The notes under the pieces: model-generated
Databases searched by the model: none
The model's input: only the letters and a program-made list of their open reading frames with translations
What the model was told of the DNA's origin: nothing
Made by a program: the position numbers and the translations under genes
NCBI RefSeq assembly: GCF_018977255.1
Contig: NW_024704742.1
Coordinates: forward strand, 112,718,001-112,782,000
Reading direction: 5' to 3'
Origin: Callorhinchus milii
Lineage: Eukaryota
DNA: 64,000 nucleotides
Shown here: positions 1 through 12,211 of the stretch, one piece after another
Layout: every line of letters begins with the position of its first letter
How positions within the stretch are numbered: position 1 is the stretch's first letter

Positions 1-1053
1 TCTCTGTTCCTTCACCCCCTTTAAGATTGTACCATCAGCTTATATTTCCTTTCCCAAAATACAATACTTCGTATTTATCCACATTAAACTTCATCTGCCA
101 CATATCTGCCCATTCTATCAGTCTGTCTATGTTCTCTTGTAATCTGTTACTATCCTCCTCACTGTTTACTACTTTTCCTAGCTTAGTATCATCTGCAAAT
201 GTGGAAATTGTATTCCTTATACCCAACTCCAGGTCATTTATATAGATCAAAAACAGCAGTAGTCCCAATACTGACCCCTCGGGGACACCGCTGCACACTT
301 CCCTCCAATCAGAAAAACAACTGTTCACCACCACTCTCTGCTTTCTGTCTTCCAGTCAGTTCTGTATCCATGCTGCCTCTGTCTCTTTAATATCGTGGGC
401 TTCTATTTTGCTTACAATTATCTTATGTGGTACTTTATCAAGCGTCTTTTGAAAATTCATATAAACTACATCAACTGCACTAACTTCATCCACCCTCTCC
501 GTTACTTCATCAAAAAAGCCTGTCAGATTTGTTAGACATGATTTTCCTTTAACAAGTCAGTGTTGGCTGTCCTCTATTAACTCATATTTTTCTAAATGAA
601 AATTTATTTTCTCCCAGGTCTCCACTTAAGTGGCCTTAGTCTCAGATAAATGGCCACTCAACTTATAGTCTCCACTTAATTTTCCCCAATACTGACGTTA
701 GGCTGACTGGCCTACAGTTCCCACATTTATCCTTCCGCCCCTTTTTGTACAGGGGAGTAACATTTCCAACCCTCCAGTCCTCTGCACCACCCCTGTGTCT
801 AAGGAGGATTGAAAGATTGTGGCCAGAGCCTCCATTATTTCTACCCTTACTTCTCTCAGTAACATAGGATGCATCCCGTCCGGACCGGGTGACTTATCTA
901 CCTTGAGCACCGATAACCCTTTTAGTACCTCCTCTCGGTTTATTCTTATCTTATCCAATTTCTCTACTCTCTCCTCCAATACTGTGACATTGGCTGCATC
1001 CTCTTCTTTTGTGAAGACAGATGCAAAGTATCCATTCAGTATGTCTGCCATTC
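1..1053 (-). mobile_element. CR1-clade LINE ORF2 fragment (RT region), 5'-truncated and degenerate; runs off the window start
   Basis: Minus-strand ORFs give YFASVFT, KSPGPDGMHP, GVPEGSVLG, FADDTKLG and WQMKFNVDK, all typical CR1 RT motifs, with stops and frameshifts between them. Confidence 0.95.
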
Positions 1054-1584
1054 CTTAATGAAGAATTCTCACTCTGTTCTACCTCACTCAGTTCCCTCCT
1101 CATGCTGCTGGGCTCCCTGCTCAAGATTTATCTCATTGTGTTGTTGCTTTGTTCATGAAACATGAGAATGTATAGAATGTATTCTAGTTCCTGGATTCAT
1201 GGATTCATTAATAATAACCCTTGCATTCAATATAGTGCTTTTCACATCGGGAGGATGTCTCTAAGAGCTTCACAGGATTTAATGTAACGTTAGTGCCATG
1301 TATTTTGAGGGGAACATGTCAGCCAATTTGTTCTAAAACAACTTTTTCTGCCTTCAGAATATTTTAACCATTTTGATAGTTTTCTACATGCAACAGAAAG
1401 CTCTGGAGAGACTTGCTCAGACAATAAACAATTTTACTGATCAATGTCCCAGAATAGAGAGGGGAAATCAACCAGGGAGTTGTCCCCTCTTCTAAGACAT
1501 GAAATTTCTTATGATCACAGCCTTAATTTTTAAAAGTTTGGTATTATTCTTAAATTCAATCTTAATTTGCAAGTTGTTTTTATA

Positions 1585-2010
1585 ATAATATTGTATTTGT
1601 TATAGCACCTTTCACATCAGGGGATTTCTGAAAGCAGGATTTATTGTAAAGTGCAGTGACTGTGTGTTTTGTAGATGAACACATCAGCCAATTTGCACAC
1701 AGCAGTATCCCACAAATAGCCACAAAGTGAATGACCAATTTTATCTGGGGGATTGTTTGCCGTGAGGAGAAACTCCCTTCTGTTTTTGAATAGTGCCATG
1801 GGATCTTTCACATCCACCTGAACAGACAGACTGGGCCTCGGTTTAAAGTCTCCATTTGAACGACAGCAGCTTTGATGAAGCAGTGCTCCCCCAACATTGC
1901 AATGGAATGCCAGCCTAGTTTGTGAGCTTAAAGTCCTGATGGGAGGCTTGAACGTATAACCTTCTGACTCAGAAGCAAATGTGATACCAACTAAGCCAGC
2001 CTGACACCTG
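1585..2010 (-). mobile_element. Deu-domain SINE (SacSINE1/AmnSINE1-like), near full length
   Basis: The reverse complement has a tRNA-like head (CTGAGTCAGAAGG..GTTCAAG), the Deu core TTAAACCGAGG...AAAGATCCCATGGCACTATT, and the shared SINE tail. Confidence 0.85.
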
Positions 2011-2228
2011 ACATTTTCAGCTGGGGTATCCAGGTGATTTTCCACAGGTCATGAAAAGAATCAGCCAGTTCCGGTTGATATCATACAAACTCTGGATGAT
2101 ATGAACCTTATTTAAATTTGCATGCTAAGAAAAATAAAGCAAACCTACTAGGAATATGTCTCCGTATTTCACTAAATATCAATAATCCGAGTTTCATGTT
2201 CCTGAAGCAGGGATGACTGCAGGACTGA

Positions 2229-2610
2229 GGAGTCCTGTAGCTCAGTGGTTAGAGCACTTGCCTCACAAGTGAGAGCTGGGTTTGATTCCTGGGCAGGGCG
2301 AAACATCAGGCAAGTTTTCTTACTCTGGATGCCTCTGTTTACCTAGCAGTAAGTAGGAACCCAGTTGTTACTCCTCAGTACTGCAGTCATAACTGCTTCA
2401 GGAACAGATTGCTTTTCCAGAGGAATAATTCCTTCAAAAATAATAATAAATTGGTCACTTCAATCCATGGCTGTTTGTGGAACACTGCTGTGCGCAATTG
2501 GCTGCTGCGTTTCACCACAAAAGATACATTCAATTCACTTTACAATATATTAAGTGAAGTGCTCAGTGATAAGGCACTATATCAAATAAAAGGATTATAA
2601 TTATTATTAT
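2229..2610 (+). mobile_element. tRNA-Ala-derived SINE, long subfamily
   Basis: GGAGTCCTGTAGCTCAGTGGTTAGAGC head, internal GCCTCTGTTTACCTAGCAGTAAGTAGGAACC block, (ATT)n tail. Confidence 0.9.
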
Positions 2611-2673
2611 AATCCAAACTCTAACAGAAAATCTATGACAGTGTCTATATAACTATTCACTTTACAGTATATT

Positions 2674-3582
2674 CTGCCTCCACCCTCAACTCCAGGACCA
2701 CTGCTGTCCTGACAGACTGCCGGTCGGACATCAAGTCCTGGGCAAATGAGGGCACACTTCCTACAGTTGAATGTGAACAAGACTGAGGCCCTCCTGATTG
2801 GCTCACGCCAGCGCCTCTGCACCTCAGGCTCTGGTAGCATCAACCTCCATGGTTGCACACTACAACTCACCGAGCCAGTCAGGAACCTAGGTGTCTTGTT
2901 CGATCCTCTACTCTGTTTTCTCCCCCACATTCAATCCATGACCCGCTCTGCCTTCTCTCACCTCCGTAACATTGCCCGACTCCGCCACTACCTCACCCCT
3001 CAGGCCCTGAAACTCTTGTTCATGCCTTCATCACCTCCAGGCCCAACTATGGAAACGCCCTACTTCTCGGCCTTCCCAACTCCTCCCTCCACAGGCTGCA
3101 GATAATCAAGAACTCTGCAGCCGGTGTCCTCTCCCGCACCTAACACTATGACCCCATCTCCCCCATTCTCGCCCAACTCCACTGGCTCTCTATCCTTCAG
3201 AGGATCCAGTTCAAGATCCTGGTCTTCACATACAAAGCCCTCCATGGCCTTGCACCACCCTACCTCTGCGACCTCCTAACCCCTTACCAACCCACCCGTT
3301 CCCTCCGCTCAGCCGGCTCTGGCCTGCTCCACGTCCCCCGCCCCACCATTGGCGGGAGAGCCTTCAGCCACTCTGCCCCCAACCTCTGGATTTCCATTCC
3401 CCAATTGCTGCGCCTTGCCCCCTCCTTAAAGTCCCACCTCAAGATCCTCTTCTTCGACCATGTCATCGGCACCCCCCTTCACCTCCCCTCTCCCCCCCAA
3501 CCCCAGCTCAGGTCTGAAATGCTGTACTCTGTCCAGTGCCTTGGGGCGTCCTCCCGACGTGAAATACAAGGATTATTATTAT
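2674..3582 (+). mobile_element. L2-clade LINE 3' fragment
   Basis: ORF fragments FLQLNVNKTEALLIG, VRNLGVLFD and HLRNIARLRHYL; pyrimidine-rich 3' UTR; terminal ACGTC..GACGTGAAA-type stem-loop. Confidence 0.92.
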
Positions 3583-4984
3583 GACAGCAGAATCAGCAAC
3601 GTCTTTAACTGTCATTAAAATGTAAGGAGCGACGAACGACAGATTTGCAAACTTTGACTGGCAATGTGACAAGTGGGTACAGTCAAAAATAGCATGTGCT
3701 CAGCAAGACTGAGGATTTAATGAGGAAGCAGCCCTGTTTCCTGCCTCTCAGCTGGAAAGAAGAAAATATTTCCACCACCTTGTGCCTTGGAACATTTCCT
3801 TTTTCTTTTTGAATATTTTTTAGAATATCAAAATTCTACTCTGAATAAATAAAGAAAACACCCTTCAATATTTCCTGCTCAATGCAAGCCTTTTGAATTA
3901 TGAGGTGACGTGAGACACTTCAATAAACGCAATACTGTTAAACAGCAATAGAAACTGAACACTTAAAGAACAGGATTCCATTCAAGTTGCTGTACCACTG
4001 AACAGTATTTACCAGTGCATTGTGTGCTACTATTGAGAAATAAATACATAAACACAGTAATCCACTTGACTTCCCTCTCTCCTAGACACAAGGGGCTATC
4101 ATGGATCCCTGAACTTATTGGGGAAAGTGTGAATAACAGCATGGATGACATGAGTGTGGGTTGGAAGTAATTTAAAATTAAATTAATACTTCAGTGGTGC
4201 ATAATTCTGTATCACTCTACTGGATAATTTTCTATTTCAGCACTTTGTGTACATACAAAATAGTTATAGAATATAAACAGTGCTGCTAAGGTCAGTGCCT
4301 GAAGGGTTTTCATGTAACAGATATTGTAATTTATGTTGCCCTTTATTAATGTCTCAACAAATACCATATCAGCAGCAGGAAGCAGCTTGTTCTGTCATAT
4401 TAAGCAGAAATGTTGCAACCTCCCATAGGGAAACAGAAAGATAAAGTGAACAGGTTTAAAGAATGCAAACCAAAAGCTACATTAATAAAACACTGGGGGA
4501 AGACAGAAATTTCATTCTCCTAATCCCTTCAACACTTTATCTATGAATCACTGAGCAAATGATTCTCCAGTCAGTGCTAAATTGATTAGACTTGGTGCAG
4601 ATGCTCTGTCTATTCACAGCTGGTCAGAAAATTGATCAAAGTGACCAACTATGGGTCTGTCACCTTAAGAGAGATTCTTTCAATTCTAATCTCACTGTGA
4701 CAGTAAATATACCGTCAAGCAAGGATTCAGGCCCTAAAAATGGGAGTTTTGGATATCCACTATTCCATATTAAAATGTATATCCCAAGAAATTCCATTTT
4801 TCTTGTCAGTTCAATTGTTTATCTGTTTGGGATATGAGACAAGGCGAAATGCTTGACTTTTTTTTTATTGACTTTGGATTTTACTGCAAAGTGTAATGAT
4901 TTTGTTGTTGAATAATGGCAGTAAATTTGCATACAGTAATGTTCAACAAACAGCCATGAAGTGCCAGCCTGGCTACATTGATGC

Positions 4985-5345
4985 TGTGAATTCACAGTCT
5001 CAGCTGACACCCAATATTAGGGAAGCGCTGCATTATTGGAGGTACCATCCTTCGGCTGAGATGTTAAACTGAGTTTACCTGTTAAGGTGGACATTAAAGA
5101 TCCCACAACACTATTCCTGAAGAGAAGGAAGTCTCTACCAATGTCCTGGCCTCAATCCCCCAGCTAAATTGATCATTCATTTCATGGCTGTTTGTGAGAC
5201 ATTGCTGTGTGCAAATTGTCTATCACATAAGCCCATAAATATGCAGTCACTGCTCTTCCCAATAAGCCTTGTGAAGCATTTTGAGACATCTCAACAATGT
5301 GATAAGTCGCTATGTCAAAAGCAAGGTTTATTATTATTAATAATA
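4985..5345 (+). mobile_element. Deu-domain SINE, 5'-truncated
   Basis: GCTGCATTATTGGAGG..GAGATGTTAAAC..ATTAAAGATCCCA Deu core followed by the shared tail. Confidence 0.8.
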
Positions 5346-5555
5346 AATGAATGCTAATTTTATCTTGGGTATTGTTGGCCTGAACAACAGATGTTGATTC
5401 ACTGAGAGCGACAGTGACATTACACCTGTTCCTAACCCACAAGAAGCATTGCTTTGAGCTATTTGGTCACTTGAGAAAGTGCAAATCTAAAGTCACAATT
5501 GAAACATGCGAGACTCCTTAGACAGCAGAGGGATGCATGCCTATCTTATATTAAT

Positions 5556-5902
5556 GGAGTCCTGTAGCTCAGTGTCTGTAGCACTTGTCTCGCAAACAAG
5601 AGCGAAACTTTGGGCAAGTTTCCTTATTCCACATGCCTCTGTTTACCTGGCAGTAAGTAGGAACCCGGTTGCTAGTAAATTGGCGGATCACTTTTCCGGT
5701 GGTAATAATACCCTAAAAAAAAATAATAATTTGGTCACTCAATCCACGACTGTTTGTGGGGCACTGCTGGGTGCAATTGGCTGCAGTGTTTCGCCCACAA
5801 AAATATATGATCAATTCACTTTACAGTATATTCTGTGAAGCACTTTGAGACGTCGCGAAGATGTGATAAGGCACTATATAAAATGCAAGGATTATTATTA
5901 TT
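5556..5902 (+). mobile_element. tRNA-Ala SINE, long subfamily, B-box region deleted
   Basis: GGAGTCCTGTAGCTCAGTG head, long internal block, (ATT)n tail. Confidence 0.88.
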
Positions 5903-6379
5903 GAATGCAGTTTCCGTGTAGGCAATTCTCCTAAGGCCGGGCTGGTTGGAATAGTTATTTGCTCTGGTCTTGGGCAGCAAGGAATCTGACTGACTCTTCA
6001 CATTCACTGTTTTTCTATTTTGAAGCCTAGCAGTATTTATTGATGTTTCAAGCTGAAACTGCACTCTGCCACAGGGGCCTTCTCAGTGTAGTTTCTATGA
6101 TTTAGAATAGAGTGTATATGCATTACCTCTAGGTGCAACAGAGCATCACATGACATGCCAGTGGTGCTCAAACAAAGAGAACATAAAAATGATCATAATA
6201 ATGACCCAAGCATTTGATATAGCGGCTTTCATGCTAGGGGGATGTCTAGAAAATGCTTCACATGATATATTGTAAAAGGAAGTAACTGTAATTCTGTGGG
6301 TGAATGCAACAGCCAGTTTGCACACAGCAATAAACTATAAGAAGAGAACATTTTTTTTTAATGAAAGGATATTAATTAA

Positions 6380-6605
6380 CAAATTCGCTTGAATTTTTGA
6401 TATGGTCCCTAAACTGATGATTAGAGTTGCCCAGTGTATATCATTTACTTAGATTTTCAGAAATAATTTGATGAAATCTCAGATGGGAGAAGCTAAAGGC
6501 AAATTATCTACCTGGATTGAAAGCTGTTTTAGAAAGTTGATAATAAATAGAAATAGTTCCACGGAGAGGCTAATGACTTGCAGAGTTTCTCAGGAATCCG
6601 TGTTG
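6380..6605 (+). mobile_element. Highly decayed CR1 RT fragment
   Basis: Translates to YLDFQK*FD and VSQESVL, decayed forms of YLDFQKAFD and GVPQGSVL. Confidence 0.65.
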
Positions 6606-7025
6606 TTCATCATATCCAGGCTTCACTATACTAACTCCCTGCTCACCGACTTCCAAACTCTTCCCTCCACAAACCCTCCAGATTATTCAGAATTCTGTAG
6701 CTTATGTCTTTCTTCTACACCAAGCCCAGCTCCACTAGCTCCCTATTCCCCAGAGGATCAAATTTAAGATTCTCGTTCTTACTTTCAAAGCCCTCCACGG
6801 TTTTGCTCCTCCCTACCTCTGAGACTTACTTACCAACCTTCTCTCTCGCGGGCACTGGCCTGCTCCATGTTCCCCTCATTGCCAGCCGCACCATTGGTGG
6901 TCGGGCCTTCAGCCTTCCCGCACTCACTCTCTGGAACTCCATCCCAGATCCTCTCCACTATTTCCCCTCTCTTGCCTCCTTCAAGAGTTGTCTCAAGACC
7001 TTCCTCTTTGACCGTGCCTTTGGTA
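6606..7025 (+). mobile_element. L2 LINE 3' fragment
   Basis: SRLHYTNSLL; RTIGGRAFS..LWNSIP; SFKSCLKTFLFD. Confidence 0.85.
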
Positions 7026-7039
7026 TACCACGTACAGTT

Positions 7040-7110
7040 GGAAATTTTTGTGTCTGGAATGGAATGTTCTTACCTAATTCTGGAGGCTGGCAAGAGCCAA
7101 GGCTTGGTGA
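7040..7110 (-). repeat. Short fragment of the unclassified GGCTGACC-poly(A) retroposon
   Basis: GTGTCTGGAATGGAATG..TACCTAATTC..GGCAAGAGCCAAGGCTT matches 49030-49120 and the reverse complement of 37950-37980. Confidence 0.6.
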
Positions 7111-7119
7111 GCCAGAGTA

Positions 7120-7688
7120 CTGCCTTTGTCCACACCTTTGTCACCTCCTGCCTAGACTACTCAAATGCCTTCCTCACTGTAGTTCCACTATCCACAAACT
7201 ACAATTGATTCAAAGCTCAGCAACCTGTAGTGTCACCCACACTAAACTCTGTCACCATCATACCAGTCATTGCCAGGCTTCACAAGCTCCCTATGACAGA
7301 ATGGATTGATTTCAAAATCCTATCACTCATCTACAAATCTCCTCACACTCTACCTCCCTATCTTGCTGATCTGCTTTCACCCCCTTTCCACTGGCTGCTG
7401 CATCCGTTCGGCTGGCTCTACTTATCCCTCCTCCCTTCCGCTCCACCATTGGTGGCCACATTTTCAGCCACTATGCCCCAAAGCTTTTGAACTCTCTCCC
7501 CAAATCCCTCCGCCTTGCCCCCTCCTTCCCCTCTTGTAAAGCACAACCAAAGACCTTCCTCTTTGACCATGCTTTTGGTCACCTCCTCCCCCCTCCCCCA
7601 GCTTGGCGACAAGCTCTGCCACTCTCAAGCACTCCGAGATGCTGCTGTGCGTGAAAGGCACTATATAAATGCAAATTGTTGTTGTTGC
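7120..7688 (+). mobile_element. L2 LINE 3' fragment with (TTG)n tail
   Basis: VHTFVTSCLDYSNAFL, LHKLP..IDFKIL; ends GAAAGGCACTATATAAATGCAAATTGTTGTTGTTG. Confidence 0.88.
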
Positions 7689-9899
7689 CTGTGGAACATT
7701 TTGAAATGGAAAACATGTTTGCAGATCTCACAATGGAATTATACCCTATCCCATAATTGTCGATAGACATCTGAGAACTGTTTCTCCATTGATAGACCAT
7801 AAATATTTACTTTGTAATGATAATTCAAATGTATAGCATATGTCCTGTGGTTTTGCAATTTTAAGAAAAGGAATTTGACAGGGTTCTTTCAAGTAAAAGT
7901 ATTTACAGTTATTATATATAATTCCCTAATAAGGACACTGTACCCATGATGTGCTGTGGTTACTCAAGAGTCCCCCACTCTGTTTACTTATTAAGGATTC
8001 CTATGAGAAACAGTGCATATATTACTTCACTCCTGCCCCCACCCCTAGAGATAAGCTGGGAGTGGATGCTCAGGCCCTGGCACAACCCTGGGAGTGCATG
8101 GTTAAAATGGCTCTGAAATCACATTTAAGCAAGAGATTAATTTGGAGACCAGAAAAGGCAACTCAATGCAGCGTGGTAGAGGTGACTTGACTTACCCAAT
8201 TCACTGGAAGGTGCATGTATAATGTATACCTATTATACCATAATATATTACAACTTGATTAGAATAAAGGAAGCAAAATTATTCATGTCATTGTGCCTTC
8301 CTGCACTTTTCAGGCAAAGGCAAAGAGCAGGTGCTGCCTCTCCATCTCTCTGCCTCTCAGCCATCATATGCTGGTGGGATTTGGATTTATAATGAGACAT
8401 AAGCCAGCTTGCAGGTGGAGCAAAGAAACCATGATTACACTGGGCAGCCACTAGTCAATGGAGGAAAGCGGTTAAGAGGCATTAACACTTCCGTAGAGAA
8501 TTAAACAGCAATTTAAAAATGATTAACCTTTCAAGAAAAGTTGACTTGGTATTTTGCAATGCAAAACAGCTGTTATTCAGTTGCTTGATCTTATGGCCAG
8601 CTGCTTTTTTAGGCTATCTTCTTAAAACCTTGGTCCTGGATAAATATACTGAAAGAATTGTGTGGAAAGTTAAATGCCTAGGCTAGTTGAATCCCTCAAA
8701 TTGTTAGTCTTACAGCATGTTATGAGGTGACTAGCCATTCATATAAGAAAAAAGAAACTAAAAAGAATACATCACAGAATTTTAATTTAAATACCTGGCT
8801 GGCAAAGCTAAATATAAATTTACATTTCAATTCATGTGTACTCAATGGTAAAGTGATAATTCATATGAATGCTTTATTTATGTGTTACTATGCAAGGAGA
8901 ACAGGATCCATTCCAGCAAGTAATTTAAGAAGATTTCATTATGGTAATCAGAGATCTTAAACACTATTTAACAGTCTAGAATTTGAAGAGAGACTTCCAG
9001 CTTTGGCACAAGGTTGTGTTCATGAATACCATTTTGAAAGCATAGATTATGGTTGGGAGAAATCTTTCACTTGCCTTTTAGAGTTTTAATTGGTTGTACA
9101 TGAATAACCGTCCAGTTCAGATATTTCAATTCCCGTTGTACACTTGAACAGATTGGGTGCTTGCTAGCTACATTTAACAATGTTAAGCACAGAATCGGCA
9201 GGATTGGAATAAAAATAGCTGCTGAATAAGTGCCTATGGCAACATATACCTGGGTGACAAACATTAACCTTTCGGTGACTGCAGCTACTTTCTAACATGG
9301 AAGTCTAAATATTGCAAAGTTTCAAATGAAGAAAGAAAGACTAGCACAATTCAAACCTTCTGAATCCAACTGCTGTGTTTTCACAGAACCACCCGGTTCT
9401 CCCTGGTTGCATCTTTATTTGTTTATAAATCTAACCTGAAGACCTACCTCTTCAACTGTGTCTATGATACCTTCTCCCTTGCTTGGTATCAAATCACCAC
9501 TGTATGGCGCCCTAAGATGCTATCCTGCATGAAGGGTGCAATATATATACAAGTTGTTGTTGTAGACATTTTTGAGATTAATGTGTATAATTATTAGTGT
9601 ACATAGTTATTTATATATACATGGAATCATTTGTATATTATTTCCACTTGAAGATGTTTGATTCCTGTTCTACAGGGTGCAGCTTCATGGGCACTGGTTG
9701 CTCTCACCTAACTTGGCAATGAGGTTAATCGTAGTATCCTCAACAACTTCACTGCCAGAGATTAACTCCTTAGTATTGCACTGGGCAATGCATTTACTCA
9801 CCAGGACAAGACAATTGGAGGAGCTGCTAATTTGCTTCTATTTTCTAAGAATAGGAAGCATTCTCTTTTGAGGAAGTTCTGCACAACAGTTATATTAGA

Positions 9900-10495
9900 C
9901 CTTCATCCACGCATGCATCACATTTAGGCTCGACTATGCCAACTTCCTACTTATTAGCCTTCCCAACTCTACCCTCCACAAGCTGCAGATCATCCAGAAC
10001 TCCGCAGCTCGTGTCCTCTCCTGCACTAGGCTCCGTGACCCCATCACCTCCACCCTCGCCCAGCTCCACTGGCTCCCCATCTCTCAGAGGACAGAATTCA
10101 AAATCTTTGTCCTCGCCTTCAAGGCCCTCCAAGGTCTTGCTCCTTCCTACCTCTGCGACCTACTGACCCCATATCAACCTGTCCACACCCTCCGCTCAGC
10201 AAGCTGTGGCCTGCTCCACATCCCTGTCTGGACTGCCCCACCTTTGGCAGTCGGGCCTTCAGCCTTTCTGCCCCCACCCTTTGGAACATCCCACATTCCC
10301 TTCGACTTGCTTCCTCTCTTGTCTCCTTCAAGGCGCGTCTCAAAACTCTCCTCTTCGGCCATCCTTCTTCCTTCCCTGCCCTCCACCCTTCCTGATCCCG
10401 ACCCTCTGCTCGGGTCCAAATCCCTGACTGTCCAGTGCCTTGGGATGTCCTTCCGACGTGAAAGGCGCTATACAAATGTAATTTTGTATTGTATT
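9900..10495 (+). mobile_element. L2 LINE 3' fragment
   Basis: RLDYANFLL, LQIIQNSAARVL, LHWLP; terminal stem-loop GTCCAGTGCCTTGGGATGTC..GACGTGAAAGGCGCT. Confidence 0.92.
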
Positions 10496-11826
10496 ATATA
10501 TTTAGGAAGTCTGAATTATGCTTATCTTGCTGTATCTAATAATATTAACATTGGCAATATTAACATTGCTCACTGAATCCCACTGACTAGCTCCATCTCC
10601 CCTCTGGTTCAAGTCTAAAAGAAGCCTTCCTACCTGAAAGACAAATGTAAATGCAATTTAAATGTAAATTGTATTGTATAACAATAATGAAATAATATAA
10701 ATCCTTGCATTTTATATAGCATCTTATCACGTAAGTCAAAGCACTTAGCAGCATTTTACTGGGAAGTGTAGTGACTGTATTTATATAATTTTCAGTTTGG
10801 TGGTGCCTTCACATTGACTGCCCATCCCCTCAATCTGAGTAATGTTACCATTCTACCTTGTCTCTTTTCTCAATATGATCTTGAGGGCTTCAGATTTAGC
10901 AATGCACTCAGCAATAAAAAGGCTTTATCGAAAAGGCAGATTGCACTTAGGAAGTCTGAGAAATGAAAGTGTCCATCGTGCAGGATACCTGGCTTAATTG
11001 AATATAAAGAAGAATGACAAGTGACTTGGCAAACAATGTAGCACAGCCAAGCCAAGCTGAGGCACTCAGCAATTTTATGCTGTGGGTAAAAAAAAAATTT
11101 GCCCCAGCAGATTGTTCCTGACATTCATTTTTTTAACGCAATATAAGATGAAGTACCCACTACACAATAAAACATCAAGTCATATATAATACTTGGCAAC
11201 AAATTTAATTACAGGAAACAAATGAGGACTGATGGAACCCACTACTGCCTAATGTACTTTAGTGCTTTTATTGAATACATCCAATGTAGAATGGAACTTT
11301 CTTTTGTAATTTAGTCATTGCCTAGTTGGAAACAAGTATGTTTATTAGAGCAGATTTGTTCTGAAACATGCTTGAAAGTAAGGCTTTGCAATCTGCGCAA
11401 TTCTGTTGCAAAATTGTGGTGGTTTATAAAACAGTTCTGGATGCAGAAAATTGCGTTTGGTTCGGATTAATTGGGTGTTTATGCAGAGTCAAGTGTGTAT
11501 TTCAAAATTTTTCTTCAAAGGCCAAATAGAACTATACAAGTGTGTCACATTTGCTGAAATTTGAATCATAACTAATGATTGATTATTCTTCACTGAATTG
11601 GTAATCCATTAATTACAATGAATTTATTATTTTGAGTTGTGCCAAAGTATTGATTGGATTGATTTTTGTCCCCCACCTCCCCCCATTCTGAATCTCTTGT
11701 TTTAAATGTTTGTGATATCCAACATGGATTTGGCATAGTAGATTCTTATTACATCCAGCTCTTTATTATATTGGTGTGAGGGGAAGATTGAATTTCTATA
11801 TATATAATATATCACTTTGCATTCAG

Positions 11827-11841
11827 CGATGGTGGTGAGAG
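11827..11841 (+). other. Candidate 15-nt microexon (unverified)
   Basis: ttgcattcAG|CGATGGTGGTGAGAG|GTGAGC: strong donor, weak acceptor, length divisible by 3, in unique sequence. Confidence 0.2.
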
Positions 11842-12181
11842 GTGAGCTATTTGTAAATCGGCTGCAACTCTCAAAGACATTTGATTCGGGTCCTGCTTTC
11901 TAAAATAAGAAAATGTTTTCTTCTTTCGTTTGGAGCAAAAATATTTAGAAATTCCTATTTTTTAAAATTCTCATGAGGCGAAAAAGGACGTTTGAGTCTG
12001 GAAATAACTCACAGTGCGACCCAAACCCCATGGTGATATCCTTAATGAAATACTATAAAAAGGAATTAAATATGAAATGAGCACAGTAGATCTTTGAAAT
12101 GGTGTTACTCAGTCAAGGGGAATCATATCTTATAGTCTTGAGGATAATATCATTTTCTCTGTATTAATAATCAAACAATAG

Positions 12182-12211
12182 ACGAGGGCATTCTGCAGAA
12201 TTACGCTGACG
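12182..12211 (+). other. Candidate 30-nt exon (unverified)
   Basis: caatAG|ACGAGGGCATTCTGCAGAATTACGCTGACG|GTGAGA: three CpGs retained; open as (D)EGILQNYAD or TRAFCRITLT. Confidence 0.25.

Noticed and set aside
9675..9722. 48-nt exon candidate after ctgttctacAG
   Set aside because: The donor GTTAAT is weak, two frames have stops, and the peptide is unrecognised.
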